Numbered from the stretch's first letter, positions 37,215 through 49,780 are shown. The stretch: 64,000 nt of DNA from an uncultured Candidatus Saccharibacteria bacterium (GCA_964594755.1 CAZQMO010000001.1:169-64168), one strand, 5' to 3'. The notes: generated by a model not told the origin, from the sequence alone. Numbers and translations: made by a program.

Positions 37215-37664
37215 ATGGATTACGGTTACTATATCGATTTGCTCAATTCTGCTGTCCCTTACCTGATTGCGATATATGTTTTTGTTGTAGTTCTCTTCTC
37301 ATGGGAACTTCACGACCCTGAGGAAGACGGGGCAGGTTTCGCAAGTAGGTTTATAGGGACTATTTTACGCACCATTGCATTTGGTTGGTTTAGTGCAATT
37401 GTTTTGGTACTGGTGATCGGGTTAATCAATTTTGCAATCTATGTTGCAGTTGTGACCGTTTCGTATTTCCCTGGACCTTCTATACTGTTTGGGTCGCTTA
37501 TTCTGAGCCTAACTATGTTTGCTATTGCTAAGAAAATTTGGCATGGTGTTAAGGGTCTACGAAAATCTAAAAATGAAAACAACCAGCTCATTGAGCCAGC
37601 CAGAGGTACTCCTCACACCGCAAGCATTACCAATCAAACCCCCCATTCCTGGATAGGTGAATAA
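37215..37664 (+). CDS. hypothetical membrane protein
   Basis: 149 aa with 3-4 TM helices. Confidence 0.45.
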   Translation: MDYGYYIDLLNSAVPYLIAIYVFVVVLFSWELHDPEEDGAGFASRFIGTILRTIAFGWFSAIVLVLVIGLINFAIYVAVVTVSYFPGPSILFGSLILSLTMFAIAKKIWHGVKGLRKSKNENNQLIEPARGTPHTASITNQTPHSWIGE

Positions 37665-37706
37665 AGTACAAGGGTAGCAGCGATTATGTCGTTGCGACCC
37701 TTGTTT

Positions 37707-39926
<2,220 letters not shown>

Positions 39927-39933
39927 CTAATTT

Positions 39934-41073
39934 TTAGCGTAACTCAGCGTTGAATTGCTCTGCTGTTTGCTTATAAACTTCGTCTTGCAGCGGGTCTACT
40001 TCGGAACTTTCTAAGGTGCGTTCTGTGGAGCGATAAGTGATGCGGTAAGTGTAGGAAACTTTATCGGCTCCAAACTTTTCTGCGTTTTCGTATTTATCTA
40101 ACAGCTGAACTTCTTCTACAAGATCACCGCCGACATCACGGATTAAATCAAAGTAGTTATTTGGTTCAAAAGATTTGTCGACAATGAAAGAGATGTCGCG
40201 AACGATTGGTGGGTACTTGGACACTTCCACAAACTTTTGACCAAGCTTGAGTTGTTTCTGCACACGTTCATCTTGGCTCCAGAGCAACCGAATGTCTGGT
40301 AGTTCCATGCTAATGATTGCTAAACGTTCTAGCCCGAAGCCGAACGCCCAGCCATTATATTGATTAGGGTCAACATCAAGTTTTTCTAACACCCCCGGCT
40401 GAACCAATCCTGCACCTAAAACTTCTACCCACTGACCATCTTTATCTACTTCCATTTCTAAGGATGAATGCGTATATGGAAAATTATCATCATTGAAGCG
40501 ATATTTAATATCTGGACCAAAGGCTGCTTTCACTACATTCGCTAGAACTTCTTTGAGATCATCTTGAGTAATAGTGCGTTCGCTGGTTGGATGTAAATAT
40601 AAACCATCAACTTGATGGAAAATATTCATGTGCCTGCGATCAATTTCGTCTTTACGGTAAACCTTACCGTAACTAAGTACACCGAGCGGTTTGTTTTCGG
40701 CAATTTTTTGCTTTACTTCGTCCTGCAAGAAATAGTAATACCACATCACCGTAGTGTGGGTGCGCAAAATATTTGCGCCATCTACATAGTAGGTGTCGCT
40801 CTTGGAGCGAGCAGGATGATCGGGAGGGAAATTGAATAGATCAAAACTTTCACTCGCCGGAACGATTTCTGGAATTTGAATAATATCAAATCCATCGAAC
40901 TGCTTTAGTTCAACAATCCGATTAATAAGCTCCCGTAGTGGCCCAGATTCTTCACGAGATAAATCTGGCATATCTAAATAGCGCTTGATGCGCATGCTTT
41001 CCGCATCAGTTCGGGTATCGAGTTGGGCTTTTAGACGGTTTTCTTCGTCTGAAGAGATAGTTAAATTAGACAT
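39934..41073 (-). CDS. pheS: phenylalanyl-tRNA synthetase alpha subunit
   Basis: FNFPPDHPARS in class II motif 2 and GWAFGFGLERLAI in motif 3. Confidence 0.9.
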   Translation of the reverse strand: MSNLTISSDEENRLKAQLDTRTDAESMRIKRYLDMPDLSREESGPLRELINRIVELKQFDGFDIIQIPEIVPASESFDLFNFPPDHPARSKSDTYYVDGANILRTHTTVMWYYYFLQDEVKQKIAENKPLGVLSYGKVYRKDEIDRRHMNIFHQVDGLYLHPTSERTITQDDLKEVLANVVKAAFGPDIKYRFNDDNFPYTHSSLEMEVDKDGQWVEVLGAGLVQPGVLEKLDVDPNQYNGWAFGFGLERLAIISMELPDIRLLWSQDERVQKQLKLGQKFVEVSKYPPIVRDISFIVDKSFEPNNYFDLIRDVGGDLVEEVQLLDKYENAEKFGADKVSYTYRITYRSTERTLESSEVDPLQDEVYKQTAEQFNAELR

Positions 41074-41084
41074 ATGTAAGTACC

Positions 41085-41165
41085 TCCCCTTTTTAAGGGG
41101 GAGGTCAGGTGGGGGTGGATTGAGCCACCTCCCCTAACCCCTCCTTGCAAGGAGGGGAAACGATA
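41085..41165 (-). promoter_or_regulatory. G/C-rich hairpin cascade element (family X, copy 2) in the pheS 5' UTR; downstream arm can sequester the SD
   Basis: CCCCTCC-ttgcaa-GGAGGGG, then GGGGAGGTGG...CCACCTgacCTCCCCC, then ttaaaaaGGGGAGGT(SD)-8nt-ATG. Confidence 0.5.
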
Positions 41166-41171
41166 TCAATT

Positions 41172-41564
41172 CTAGAATAACATTTTACCAAGCTTGGTAT
41201 TTGGAGGCAATATCAGGATTTCTGGCTTATCACCAGGTTCTTTGGTGAGACCTAGCTCAAATTCTGCGCAAATCATTCCCTGGCTTTCTATCCCCCGGAT
41301 GGTAGCTTTATCTAAAACAAACGATTCATGCTCTTTAGAATGGATATTTTGAGCAATAGTAGCCCCTGGGAGCGCTAAGGCCACTATATCCCCTTCTACG
41401 AAGTTAAAGGCCCCACAGACCACAGGTTCAATGGTATTTGTACCATCAAACAAACTGACCACGCGCAGGCGGTCAGCATTGGGATGTTTTTCGATTTTGG
41501 TAACTTTGGCAGCAATTATTTTCTTATCTGCTTTGCCAAGCAGCTTCATTAGAAATGACAACAT
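41172..41564 (-). CDS. stand-alone tRNA-binding domain protein (Trbp111/CsaA/PheT-N-terminal type, EMAP fold)
   Basis: KIEKHPNADRLRVVSLFDG...VVCGAFNFVEGDIVALALPGATI is the tRNA-binding OB domain found at the PheT N-terminus and MetG C-terminus. Confidence 0.65.
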   Translation of the reverse strand: MLSFLMKLLGKADKKIIAAKVTKIEKHPNADRLRVVSLFDGTNTIEPVVCGAFNFVEGDIVALALPGATIAQNIHSKEHESFVLDKATIRGIESQGMICAEFELGLTKEPGDKPEILILPPNTKLGKMLF

Positions 41565-41566
41565 AA

Positions 41567-42943
41567 TTAGTAGGTTTTACATTCAATTTGATTACAGAGA
41601 TATCCAGTAGTGCCTGGTTCTGGGTTTTGCAAAGCTGCTCTGATTGTAAAGCTTTCAAAATCTGGACCGACCTCGTAAAGATAATCTTGTTTACTAACAG
41701 GATCGACAGGCATGGTCACAATATATCTAGGAATGAGCGCAGTCTTGAGGTTATCAGTTGGCGGAAAAACGTACTGTTTGTCGCTGGCAGGATCAAGTTG
41801 AGTATTGGAGTAAACCAGCAAAGCCTGTTGTAAGTTTTCTAAATCTAATTTTCGTTGGTCGTCATAAACTTTGGTATTTTCTTTGGCAGCATCTTCTTCT
41901 GCTGTTTTTGCAAAATATTTAATCAGTTGATTCTGTGTTTCACTGTAATAGCTCAAAGTGAAATCAGTGTTGTTATTTGTGGACTGATAGCCGTAGACGT
42001 AAGGTTGAATATTTATAGGGTCGTTATAGTTGGTAGCCACGGTGTTGTAGGAGCGAATCATATCTGACATGGCTATAAAGTCATTTGTGGCAGGAAAACT
42101 TTTTTTATCATCGCGATATTTGAGTAAAGCAGCACCAACTTTTTTGATTGTGGCTTGACGTTGGCTATCTCGATCTAGCTTTGCTTCTGGTGACAAGTCT
42201 AAATCTGCTGGTAAGGCGGGTTGATTTGGGTCAGTAAACTCATACAATTGAAAAGCCAATGGCCCAAGTGATGATAAGGTTGGTTGGTGCAGCCCAAATT
42301 GTTTAATCTTTGACTTAATTTCAAAACTACGTTCGTTGGTGTAAGGTTGATTAGTCGAAATATCGTAACCACCTTTAACAAAATCTAAATCGGAGTAAGA
42401 ACCGTCTCGGTATGTTCTTGAGAGGAGTGGCTCGGTGTAAAAGATATTAACCTCGTCACCATCAGCAATACCATCTGAGTCAGAATCCGGATTGTTGGGG
42501 TCGGTACCTGAGTTGAACTCGGCAAGGTTATCTAAACCATCTCGGTCAGGATCTGCTTTATCACCACATAAAGATAGTTCAGTACAGGTTTCACTGCCAA
42601 AAAACTTGGCCAACCATTCCGCTGACGTGGTCACTTCTGGAGTGGCTTCTTGCACAATTTGCTCAGTTGCCGAAGCGCCATTGTTTTGTAAAACATCCTC
42701 ATCTCCGGAATTGATAAGCCACATAGCTCCATACGCAAGTCCACCCAACACAACAACTAAACTAACAATTAAGGCGATGATTTTCCATACCGACCGGTTT
42801 TTAGCTGACTTTTGCTCTGGTATTGAAATAGGCGCAGGAGGTTGAGTCGCAACTGGTTGCGGATTAGTTGTAACCTTGGGTTTGGTAACCTGCCCTCCAG
42901 TTACTTCAGGCATAACGTTGTAAAAAGTTTTATCTTGGGCCAT
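41567..42943 (-). CDS. membrane-anchored surface protein with thrombospondin-type-3-like Ca-binding Asp repeats
   Basis: TM after about 50 aa. DPDRDGLDNLAEFNSGTDPNNPDSDSDGIADGDE. C-terminal globular domain with a single Cys pair. Confidence 0.45.
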   Translation of the reverse strand: MAQDKTFYNVMPEVTGGQVTKPKVTTNPQPVATQPPAPISIPEQKSAKNRSVWKIIALIVSLVVVLGGLAYGAMWLINSGDEDVLQNNGASATEQIVQEATPEVTTSAEWLAKFFGSETCTELSLCGDKADPDRDGLDNLAEFNSGTDPNNPDSDSDGIADGDEVNIFYTEPLLSRTYRDGSYSDLDFVKGGYDISTNQPYTNERSFEIKSKIKQFGLHQPTLSSLGPLAFQLYEFTDPNQPALPADLDLSPEAKLDRDSQRQATIKKVGAALLKYRDDKKSFPATNDFIAMSDMIRSYNTVATNYNDPINIQPYVYGYQSTNNNTDFTLSYYSETQNQLIKYFAKTAEEDAAKENTKVYDDQRKLDLENLQQALLVYSNTQLDPASDKQYVFPPTDNLKTALIPRYIVTMPVDPVSKQDYLYEVGPDFESFTIRAALQNPEPGTTGYLCNQIECKTY

Positions 42944-42948
42944 TTGGT

Positions 42949-43323
42949 TTAATTAGCAGAAAAGAAAGCTTCGATCGCAATTAAAAATAACGCTAAGGTT
43001 AATCCTACCCACCAATATAGGATGTTCTGAGCTTCGAGAAAGACTAGTCCGGTAAGTAGTGTGGCTACTAAGGTCGCTTGTCTGAGGCTAACTCGAAATA
43101 GTTCTGAATAAATACCTGGAAAGAACCTTTGTCTGAATAATAATGTTGTCAGGGTGGTAATACCTACCACCGATAAAAAGAGTGTTAGATAAAAATAAGT
43201 ATGCGCTAATCTTCCACTCACATATGGGTCAATGTAAATTAGGACAAAAACGAAGCCAGTAAGAGCTACCAAACTGCCTAAGATTAAAGGGATCAAGTAT
43301 TTTTTAGTGGTACCGTGCAGCAC
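42949..43323 (-). CDS. hypothetical membrane protein
   Basis: 124 aa with 4 TM helices. Confidence 0.45.
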   Translation of the reverse strand: MLHGTTKKYLIPLILGSLVALTGFVFVLIYIDPYVSGRLAHTYFYLTLFLSVVGITTLTTLLFRQRFFPGIYSELFRVSLRQATLVATLLTGLVFLEAQNILYWWVGLTLALFLIAIEAFFSAN

Positions 43324-43359
43324 AGCTTGGTGATATATCGAATTAATTATAACATACGG

Positions 43360-43752
43360 CTAGTTATTTCGCCAATTTGAGTCTCGGTCAAAATCATCTT
43401 CCAATCGCTCATTATCATATTCGTCAAATTCGCCCGTGGTGATTTCGATTATCACCAGTGGTTCAGTCCCAGCTTGGTTGTCGATGCGATGTTTATCGCC
43501 AATTTCAATTTGGACTGACTCACCAGCTTTGAAAGGGATTTTTTTGTCATTGATGATTGCGTAGCCGCTACCAGAAATTACAAACCAATGTTCGTGCCGG
43601 AGCTTATGCTGTTGGTAGGAAATCCGCTTGCCTGGAAGTACTTCCAGTCTCTTTATGATGACATCACGATGATTACCTTGGTTTGTGAGTTCACCTAAAA
43701 CCGAAAAATTACCCCAAGGGCGTTCTTCATAATTTTTTGCGTTTTTTGCCAT
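43360..43752 (-). CDS. cupin-domain protein (mannose-6-phosphate isomerase type II C-terminal-like)
   Basis: Cupin_2 pattern VLPGKRISYQQHKLRHEHWFVISGSG...GDKHRIDN. Confidence 0.55.
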   Translation of the reverse strand: MAKNAKNYEERPWGNFSVLGELTNQGNHRDVIIKRLEVLPGKRISYQQHKLRHEHWFVISGSGYAIINDKKIPFKAGESVQIEIGDKHRIDNQAGTEPLVIIEITTGEFDEYDNERLEDDFDRDSNWRNN

Positions 43753-43753
43753 A

Positions 43754-44401
43754 CTAGCGCTTTATCCGAGCCCACATTCGGGACAAATAGTGCATCGCTT
43801 GCGCGCGCATTTCTGGACTCTTTATAAATTTACGGATATATGGAGATACCGATAGAATCACAATGATGATAACGCCTGGGATGATATATTTTTCAGCATG
43901 AGGAATTTTAAGTCCAAAGTAATAGCCAAGCATTGTAATTGAGACCACCCAAAAGATACCGCCAGTCACATTATAAAATAGAAACTTTGGGTAAGACATT
44001 TTTCCAATGCCGGCGATGGTAGGGGCAAAAGTTCTAACAAGGGGAACAAATCTGGCAATCACAATAGTGAAAGCGCCGTATTTTTCGAAATAGTCTTGAG
44101 CTTTTTGGATATGCTTTTTGTTAAAGAGGAGTGACTCTTCTTTGTTAAACACTCTCGGCCCAAGCCTACGTCCAATCGTGTAACCAACGCTATCACCGAT
44201 GATAGCCGCTGCAGTCATGACGAGTAAGGTAATCCAGATATTTAGAAAGCCTTGGCCTGCCAATATCCCTGCTGTAAACAACAAGCTGTCGCCTGGTAAG
44301 AAGAAGCCAATTAACAGGCCGGTCTCTGCAAAGACAATACCAAACAGCCCTAAGTAACCGATTGCGCGAATAAGTTCTGGTAAATCAAATCCTGGAAGCA
44401 T
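43754..44401 (-). CDS. DedA/SNARE-associated family membrane protein
   Basis: LPGDSLLFTAG motif and the DedA topology. Confidence 0.7.
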   Translation of the reverse strand: MLPGFDLPELIRAIGYLGLFGIVFAETGLLIGFFLPGDSLLFTAGILAGQGFLNIWITLLVMTAAAIIGDSVGYTIGRRLGPRVFNKEESLLFNKKHIQKAQDYFEKYGAFTIVIARFVPLVRTFAPTIAGIGKMSYPKFLFYNVTGGIFWVVSITMLGYYFGLKIPHAEKYIIPGVIIIVILSVSPYIRKFIKSPEMRAQAMHYLSRMWARIKR

Positions 44402-44505
44402 AAAGTTAGAGAATAAATTGTAAGCAAGTAAAAAGTAAAATTATAATTAGTATGGCCTTTGAGGCACTATTTACTTATTATTTTGTACTTCTTACCTGAG
44501 ATTAA

Positions 44506-47439
44506 TTATATCAAAGTTTCGTAAGCACAATCATGACGCTGGCTTTTTTTATGTAGTTCTGCGAAATAATCGTATTTTACCGCTTCACGGATTTGTTCGA
44601 TAGTTGCGGTTAAATTATTCTTTAGTTTAGTTAATTCCTCTGTGGTTCCAAGCGGTACGGCCACAACTTCGTTAGGGACCAAGTACCAGTATTGTAGTCC
44701 AGCCACTTTTTGTCCAAAGAATTCTTCCACAGCAAGTTGATAGATACGTAATTGATCAATACCTTCTTTGTCAGTTTTGCTGGGAGCTTTTTCCGAAGTC
44801 TTATAATCAATAATCATTAAGCCGTGGTCAGTTTGATCAGCTCGGTCAATTTTGCCATTAAATTGGTACTGTTGCCGATCCCCGAGCTTTAGGGTAAATG
44901 GTTGCTCGATTAATTTAGGCTGTGGGCGTGAATCTGTGGTTGCTTTGTAAAAGGTTTTTAGAATGGTTTGACCACGCGCCCGGTACTGATCCTTTTGCTC
45001 TTTACTTTTATACCAATCATCAATCCAGAGTTGGCTATATAGTTCGCTGAGGAGCTTTTCGGGTGGCAATTCAACCTTAGTTTCTGTTTGGAACAAATCT
45101 GGTTGAGGCATATTTTGAGCTTGAGTGTATGTTTCAAGGTACTTTTCTAAAACTGCGTGAATGGTAGAGCCAAAGCTCAAGTAGTGACTACCTTTGGTCG
45201 GCAAGCGCAGATAGTATAGATACTTATACTCCAACGGACATTTTTGGAAAGTTGCAATTTGACTGAAAGAAAATTTATCAGGTAGTTGCTTATAAACTTC
45301 TTGGCGCGCTTTGGCTTTTGGTTTAGTGAAGACCACCTTTCCAGTGGCTTTATAGGCTGTTTCGGTGGGTACCAGTCCGGTCTCTGATAAGAACACTGAA
45401 GGTTTCTTTTGTCTGGCTCCGCCGTAATCCGGTGCCCAAGATAAATACAATTCCGTTTTGGCACGGGTTATAGCTACATAAAACAGCCGGCGTTCTTCTT
45501 GAAGATGAAAATCACCTTCTGGTAAAATATCTTTCACTAAAGCTTCGGGGATTTCAATTGCATCTTTATGGCTACGAGACGGGAAACGTTGGTCAACTAA
45601 CCCAATAATAAAGACGTGTTCAAATTCCAAACCTTTTGCACTGTGTACAGTGAGTAATTTGAGTGACTCAGGGCCGCTATTGGGATCAAACTTAATAGCT
45701 CCTTCTTCCCCTGCTTCCTGTTCAAGCTTGAGGAATTCTATAAAACCACGCATGGTGCGGTCTTCTTCAGTCTGGGTGTAAGCTTCGATTTTTTTATAGA
45801 ATTGCTCTAGGAGTTCGCGGTTTTGGGCGTTTTCTAATGTGTCAGCTAAGAGTAATTTATTTATTTCTAAATCAGTAATCAGTTGAACAAATAATTCCAC
45901 AGCTGACTGCTCAGTAGCCAATTGGCTATGAGTCTCAAGTAGTCTCAACAGCTCAGTGAGTTTTTGTTTTGATTCCTCAGAAAGTTCCGCCAGTAATTCT
46001 GGTTCGTGCAAACTTTGAAACAGTGACAAAGTTTTTTTGGTTTTGAATTGCGTGATGTGTGCCAGTTCTAAGGCTGGGATGCGAAACTTGGGGAAATTTA
46101 ACACCCGGTACAGAGCTTTTGATTCATGGTAGTTGTCAAGTAAGTTGAGATAGTTGATTAAATCAGCAATCAATGGTTTTTTATATAATCCGCGATTGGC
46201 TACAAAGCTATACGGAATTTGTTTTTGTTCTAAAACAGGAATAATTTCTGTCGCCGTATTATTGGCGCGAATCAACACTGCAAAATCATTCCAAGAGCTT
46301 TCTGGTTTAGCTTCTTTGAGGCTGATAATTTTCTGTACTACGAGATTAAGCTCTTCGCTTTGGTCCTTGCCCTCGATAACTTGAATCGTGCTTTTAGATT
46401 TATTGTGACCTTTTAAGCGTTTATTTATCCCCAATTTGGGCTCTAGTCGATTTGGGTTATTAGCTTGAATAAAATTGTAGGCCAAATCCAAAATTGGCTG
46501 ACTACTTCGGTAGTTATCCAACAAAGTTAGTTCTTTCAGTTTTGGAAAATCTTGTTTGAGTTTTAAAATATTTGAGACCGAAGCACCACGAAATTTATAA
46601 ATTGATTGATCATCATCCCCTACTACAACCAAATTGTTGCCATCACCAGTGAGTAGTTTGATAAGTTCGTACTGGGCAATGTTGGTGTCTTGGAATTCAT
46701 CCACCATAACGAATTTAAACTGCTGCTGGTAATGCTTTAAGATATTTGGTCGGCGTTGGAACAGCTGGATGGTATAGAAAATCAAATCACCAAAGTCCAA
46801 ATAGTTGTGATCGAGCATTAGGCGTTGGTAAGTGTGATAAGCATTTGCAATTTCGCTGAGTCGGACAGTTTCTAGAATCTGGTCATCGTCACTGCCAATT
46901 AAAAGTTCGGCTGTGCCTGATTTAAGTCCTTGTTCTTCGGAGTATTTTAAATAATCTTCTGGGGTGATCAGCTCATCTTTACACTTCGAAAAATGATCTA
47001 GCATAGCATCAATAAACTTGTTTGGGCTACCCAGGGGGCGATAATAATCTAGTTCGAACTTTTCAAAGTTGTTATGCAAGAAAATCCATTGTCGAGTTTT
47101 ATCTAGCAGAGAAAAGTCATTTGGTAAGCCAATGTGAAGGCCGTGTTGTTTAAGAACGCGTTCACAAAAACTATGAAAAGTTGAAATCCATAAATCGTAA
47201 CTGCCTAAAGGAAGTAATTGATCAACGCGCTCTTCCATTTCCCCTGCTGCTTTATCGGTAAAAGTTAAAGCTAAAATTTGTTCAGGTTTGGCAGCTTGTT
47301 GTTCCAGCAAATAAGCTATCCGGCGAGTAATGACCGTGGTCTTCCCTGTCCCCGCTCCAGCCACTATTAATAAAGGACCGCTCACGTGAGTGACGGCCTC
47401 CAATTGTTGTTGATTTAAACTTTCTAATAGTTGAGACAT
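44506..47439 (-). CDS. UvrD/PcrA-type SF1 helicase fused to a C-terminal PD-(D/E)xK (RecB/AddA-like) nuclease domain
   Basis: Walker A AGAGTGKTT and the SF1 motifs. The C-terminus has QKCPLEYKY and IDRADQ...IIDYKTSEK nuclease motifs. The start is set at MSQLLESL. It overlaps the stop of the PIN gene. Confidence 0.75.
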   Translation of the reverse strand: MSQLLESLNQQQLEAVTHVSGPLLIVAGAGTGKTTVITRRIAYLLEQQAAKPEQILALTFTDKAAGEMEERVDQLLPLGSYDLWISTFHSFCERVLKQHGLHIGLPNDFSLLDKTRQWIFLHNNFEKFELDYYRPLGSPNKFIDAMLDHFSKCKDELITPEDYLKYSEEQGLKSGTAELLIGSDDDQILETVRLSEIANAYHTYQRLMLDHNYLDFGDLIFYTIQLFQRRPNILKHYQQQFKFVMVDEFQDTNIAQYELIKLLTGDGNNLVVVGDDDQSIYKFRGASVSNILKLKQDFPKLKELTLLDNYRSSQPILDLAYNFIQANNPNRLEPKLGINKRLKGHNKSKSTIQVIEGKDQSEELNLVVQKIISLKEAKPESSWNDFAVLIRANNTATEIIPVLEQKQIPYSFVANRGLYKKPLIADLINYLNLLDNYHESKALYRVLNFPKFRIPALELAHITQFKTKKTLSLFQSLHEPELLAELSEESKQKLTELLRLLETHSQLATEQSAVELFVQLITDLEINKLLLADTLENAQNRELLEQFYKKIEAYTQTEEDRTMRGFIEFLKLEQEAGEEGAIKFDPNSGPESLKLLTVHSAKGLEFEHVFIIGLVDQRFPSRSHKDAIEIPEALVKDILPEGDFHLQEERRLFYVAITRAKTELYLSWAPDYGGARQKKPSVFLSETGLVPTETAYKATGKVVFTKPKAKARQEVYKQLPDKFSFSQIATFQKCPLEYKYLYYLRLPTKGSHYLSFGSTIHAVLEKYLETYTQAQNMPQPDLFQTETKVELPPEKLLSELYSQLWIDDWYKSKEQKDQYRARGQTILKTFYKATTDSRPQPKLIEQPFTLKLGDRQQYQFNGKIDRADQTDHGLMIIDYKTSEKAPSKTDKEGIDQLRIYQLAVEEFFGQKVAGLQYWYLVPNEVVAVPLGTTEELTKLKNNLTATIEQIREAVKYDYFAELHKKSQRHDCAYETLI

Positions 47440-47440
47440 G

Positions 47441-47884
47441 TTATTTTCCTGAGAAGAACCCGGCCCATTGTTTCCAGAGCTCACTACCAGAATCTTTGTA
47501 CCGATTCCAGAATTCTGCTGGGGTGACAATTTCGATATTTTCATATTTTACTAGGGACAGCAGATCATTGTCCCGAGTGACTAAAAATTGAGCATTAGCT
47601 TCTACCGCACTCTCTAAAATTTTATTATCTTCTGGGTCTCTAACAATATTAATCTGCTTACGGTTCTGGACCAAATTAATTTGTGTGAGCAAGAGACTAA
47701 TTTGTCGCTTGTAATCTTCATCTTCGACCAGCTTGCTAGTGATCAACCTGTTTTCACTAATAGTTTGATGATTCGCAAAAGCTTCAATCTCGCCATTGAT
47801 AACTGCATCCAAAATTTGCTTTTCATAAGAATAGTCATCTTTGATTCCATCAATGATGACGTTTGTATCAATAACAATGCGCAT
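47441..47884 (-). CDS. PIN-domain nuclease-like protein
   Basis: MRIVIDTNVIID...; acidic residues at PIN positions; 147 aa. Confidence 0.55.
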   Translation of the reverse strand: MRIVIDTNVIIDGIKDDYSYEKQILDAVINGEIEAFANHQTISENRLITSKLVEDEDYKRQISLLLTQINLVQNRKQINIVRDPEDNKILESAVEANAQFLVTRDNDLLSLVKYENIEIVTPAEFWNRYKDSGSELWKQWAGFFSGK

Positions 47885-48426
47885 TATTTTTTGGCTCGGG
47901 TTCTAGAACCAGCCTTACCATTACGAATAGGACGCAAGAAAGTGCGTGGAGATTCATCTAAATCAATAAAGTGATCGGTAAGTTCTTTAATACGACTGCT
48001 GGTAGATTTCCCAAAAGCAATAGTCTCTGTAAGCTGACCCGTCATTTGTAAGTATTCTAATAGTGGAGCAAAGTCGCCGTCACCACTAGCCAAAACCACC
48101 ACATCAACTTTATTCATTTGCTTAATAATATCCATCGCAATGCCTACATCCCAATCCCCTTTTTGGTGACCGCCGGCAAAGGTTTGCAGGTCTTTAGCTT
48201 TAACTTCGAAGCCAGCTTTTTCTAAAGCTTCAAAAAATGACTGCTCTTCGGGCATATCTGCTTTGACTACGTAAGCTATAGCACGAATGAGTTTGCGACC
48301 ACCAACGGCGGCATCAAGCACAGCATTAAAATTGATACGCGCGTTGTAAATGTTGCGAGCACTATAGTAAAGGTTTTGCACATCTACGAACACGCCAATG
48401 CGCTGGTCAGGGTTTCTTATAGACAT
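47884..48426 (-). CDS. NYN/LabA-like domain protein
   Basis: IGVFVDVQNLYYS...VVVLASGDGDFAPL is characteristic of NYN ribonuclease-like domains. Confidence 0.6.
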   Translation of the reverse strand: MSIRNPDQRIGVFVDVQNLYYSARNIYNARINFNAVLDAAVGGRKLIRAIAYVVKADMPEEQSFFEALEKAGFEVKAKDLQTFAGGHQKGDWDVGIAMDIIKQMNKVDVVVLASGDGDFAPLLEYLQMTGQLTETIAFGKSTSSRIKELTDHFIDLDESPRTFLRPIRNGKAGSRTRAKK

Positions 48427-48587
48427 AGAGTAACTCGGAGGGTAAAACCCAGAAGGGGTTTTGACCGGTTAGCAGTCCAAACCTAGTTTGGACTTAACCC
48501 GGATCCCTTCCGACGACCGCTACGCGGTCTGCCTCCCCTTTCCTTTGTTGCCTCGGTCCTGGCAAAGCCAGTTACCTCGGCTCACAT
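48427..48587. ncRNA. GC-rich structured intergenic region containing family-R hairpin ctggcaaagccag (candidate small RNA/repeat)
   Basis: Hairpins gtccaaac-ctag-tttggac and ctggc-aaa-gccag. GC content is well above the surroundings. No ORF. Confidence 0.3.
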
Positions 48588-49619
48588 TTATTGGATTAAT
48601 TTATTAGTTTCTTTGGTTTGATCTTTGATGACTTCGGTCTCTTCAGCTTGTAATTCTGCAGCGATGGAGATTTTGCCGCGTAGTTTATCAAAATCTGTGG
48701 AGACTGTACCCATAGTGTTGTAAGTGTTTTTTACGTGATTACCAAGTACATCTAAAGTTCGGGAAAATTTATCGCTCTCTTGTTTAATACCTGTGACCAT
48801 CTTCAAGATTTCATGCGCAATCTTGTTAATTTCTTGGCCGCGCAAAGATAGCACAATGCTTTGTAAGTAAGTATATAAACTGTTCGGGCCAACCGGGATG
48901 ACACGCTTACCACGATAATAATCTGTAAGCTCATCATTGATAATGATTTCTTCATAAATTCCCTGGCTAGGAACATACATTAACGCAAAGTCAAAAGTAT
49001 TTTCGGTCGGCAGGATATATTTTTTATGAATTTCATCAATCCGCTTTTTAACATCTTTGAAAAAAGCTTTGTGGTAGTCATTAGCCAGCTTGTCATCTTG
49101 AGCTTCTTTATACAAACGAAAATTTTCTAAACTAAACTTACTATCGATTGAAAGAATAGTTTCGCCGATCTTAACAATCGCATCAACTGTTTCGCCATTC
49201 TTAAATCTATACTGCATCGCAAAGCTACCTTTTGGTAGAACTTGAGTCAGCATGTTTTCTAACATCTCTTCACCAAAGTTACCGCGCATTTTAGATGAAG
49301 ATAAGGTCTCGGATAATCGGCGAATATCAGGCCCAATCTGGCTCATTTCTCCAAGCTTACCTTGTAGTCCACCGATGACTCGGGCAGCTTCTGTTAAACG
49401 ATCGTTAATTTGTTTATTGGTTTCATGAATGTTTTGCTGAGTAAGTTCCCGGTCTTCTTTCATTTCAGACTTTAACTCTCGCATAAGATCTAAAACTAAC
49501 CGTTCTCGTTCGGATTGACCATTGTTAGCAGTTTGATTTTTTACTTGTATTACAAAATAAATGAGCACTAAGACGGCAACAAATAGCACTCCACTGATAA
49601 TAAATAATGCGTTTTCCAT
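48588..49619 (-). CDS. rmuC: DNA recombination protein RmuC
   Basis: N-terminal TM, coiled coil, and the RmuC C-terminal domain (YVPSQGIYEEII). Confidence 0.75.
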   Translation of the reverse strand: MENALFIISGVLFVAVLVLIYFVIQVKNQTANNGQSERERLVLDLMRELKSEMKEDRELTQQNIHETNKQINDRLTEAARVIGGLQGKLGEMSQIGPDIRRLSETLSSSKMRGNFGEEMLENMLTQVLPKGSFAMQYRFKNGETVDAIVKIGETILSIDSKFSLENFRLYKEAQDDKLANDYHKAFFKDVKKRIDEIHKKYILPTENTFDFALMYVPSQGIYEEIIINDELTDYYRGKRVIPVGPNSLYTYLQSIVLSLRGQEINKIAHEILKMVTGIKQESDKFSRTLDVLGNHVKNTYNTMGTVSTDFDKLRGKISIAAELQAEETEVIKDQTKETNKLIQ

Positions 49620-49780
49620 GACCTTAGTATATCAGACCCGACAACTCATGGCAGGTCTAAAACCAAAAGCAGACCCCTCTAGAAAGGTCTGCTTTGGAAC
49701 TTAACATGTTTGGCTTTTCAGCCTTATATATCATACCAAACCGTAAAATAGCGGGCAAGGTATGATTTGTGGATATTTAA

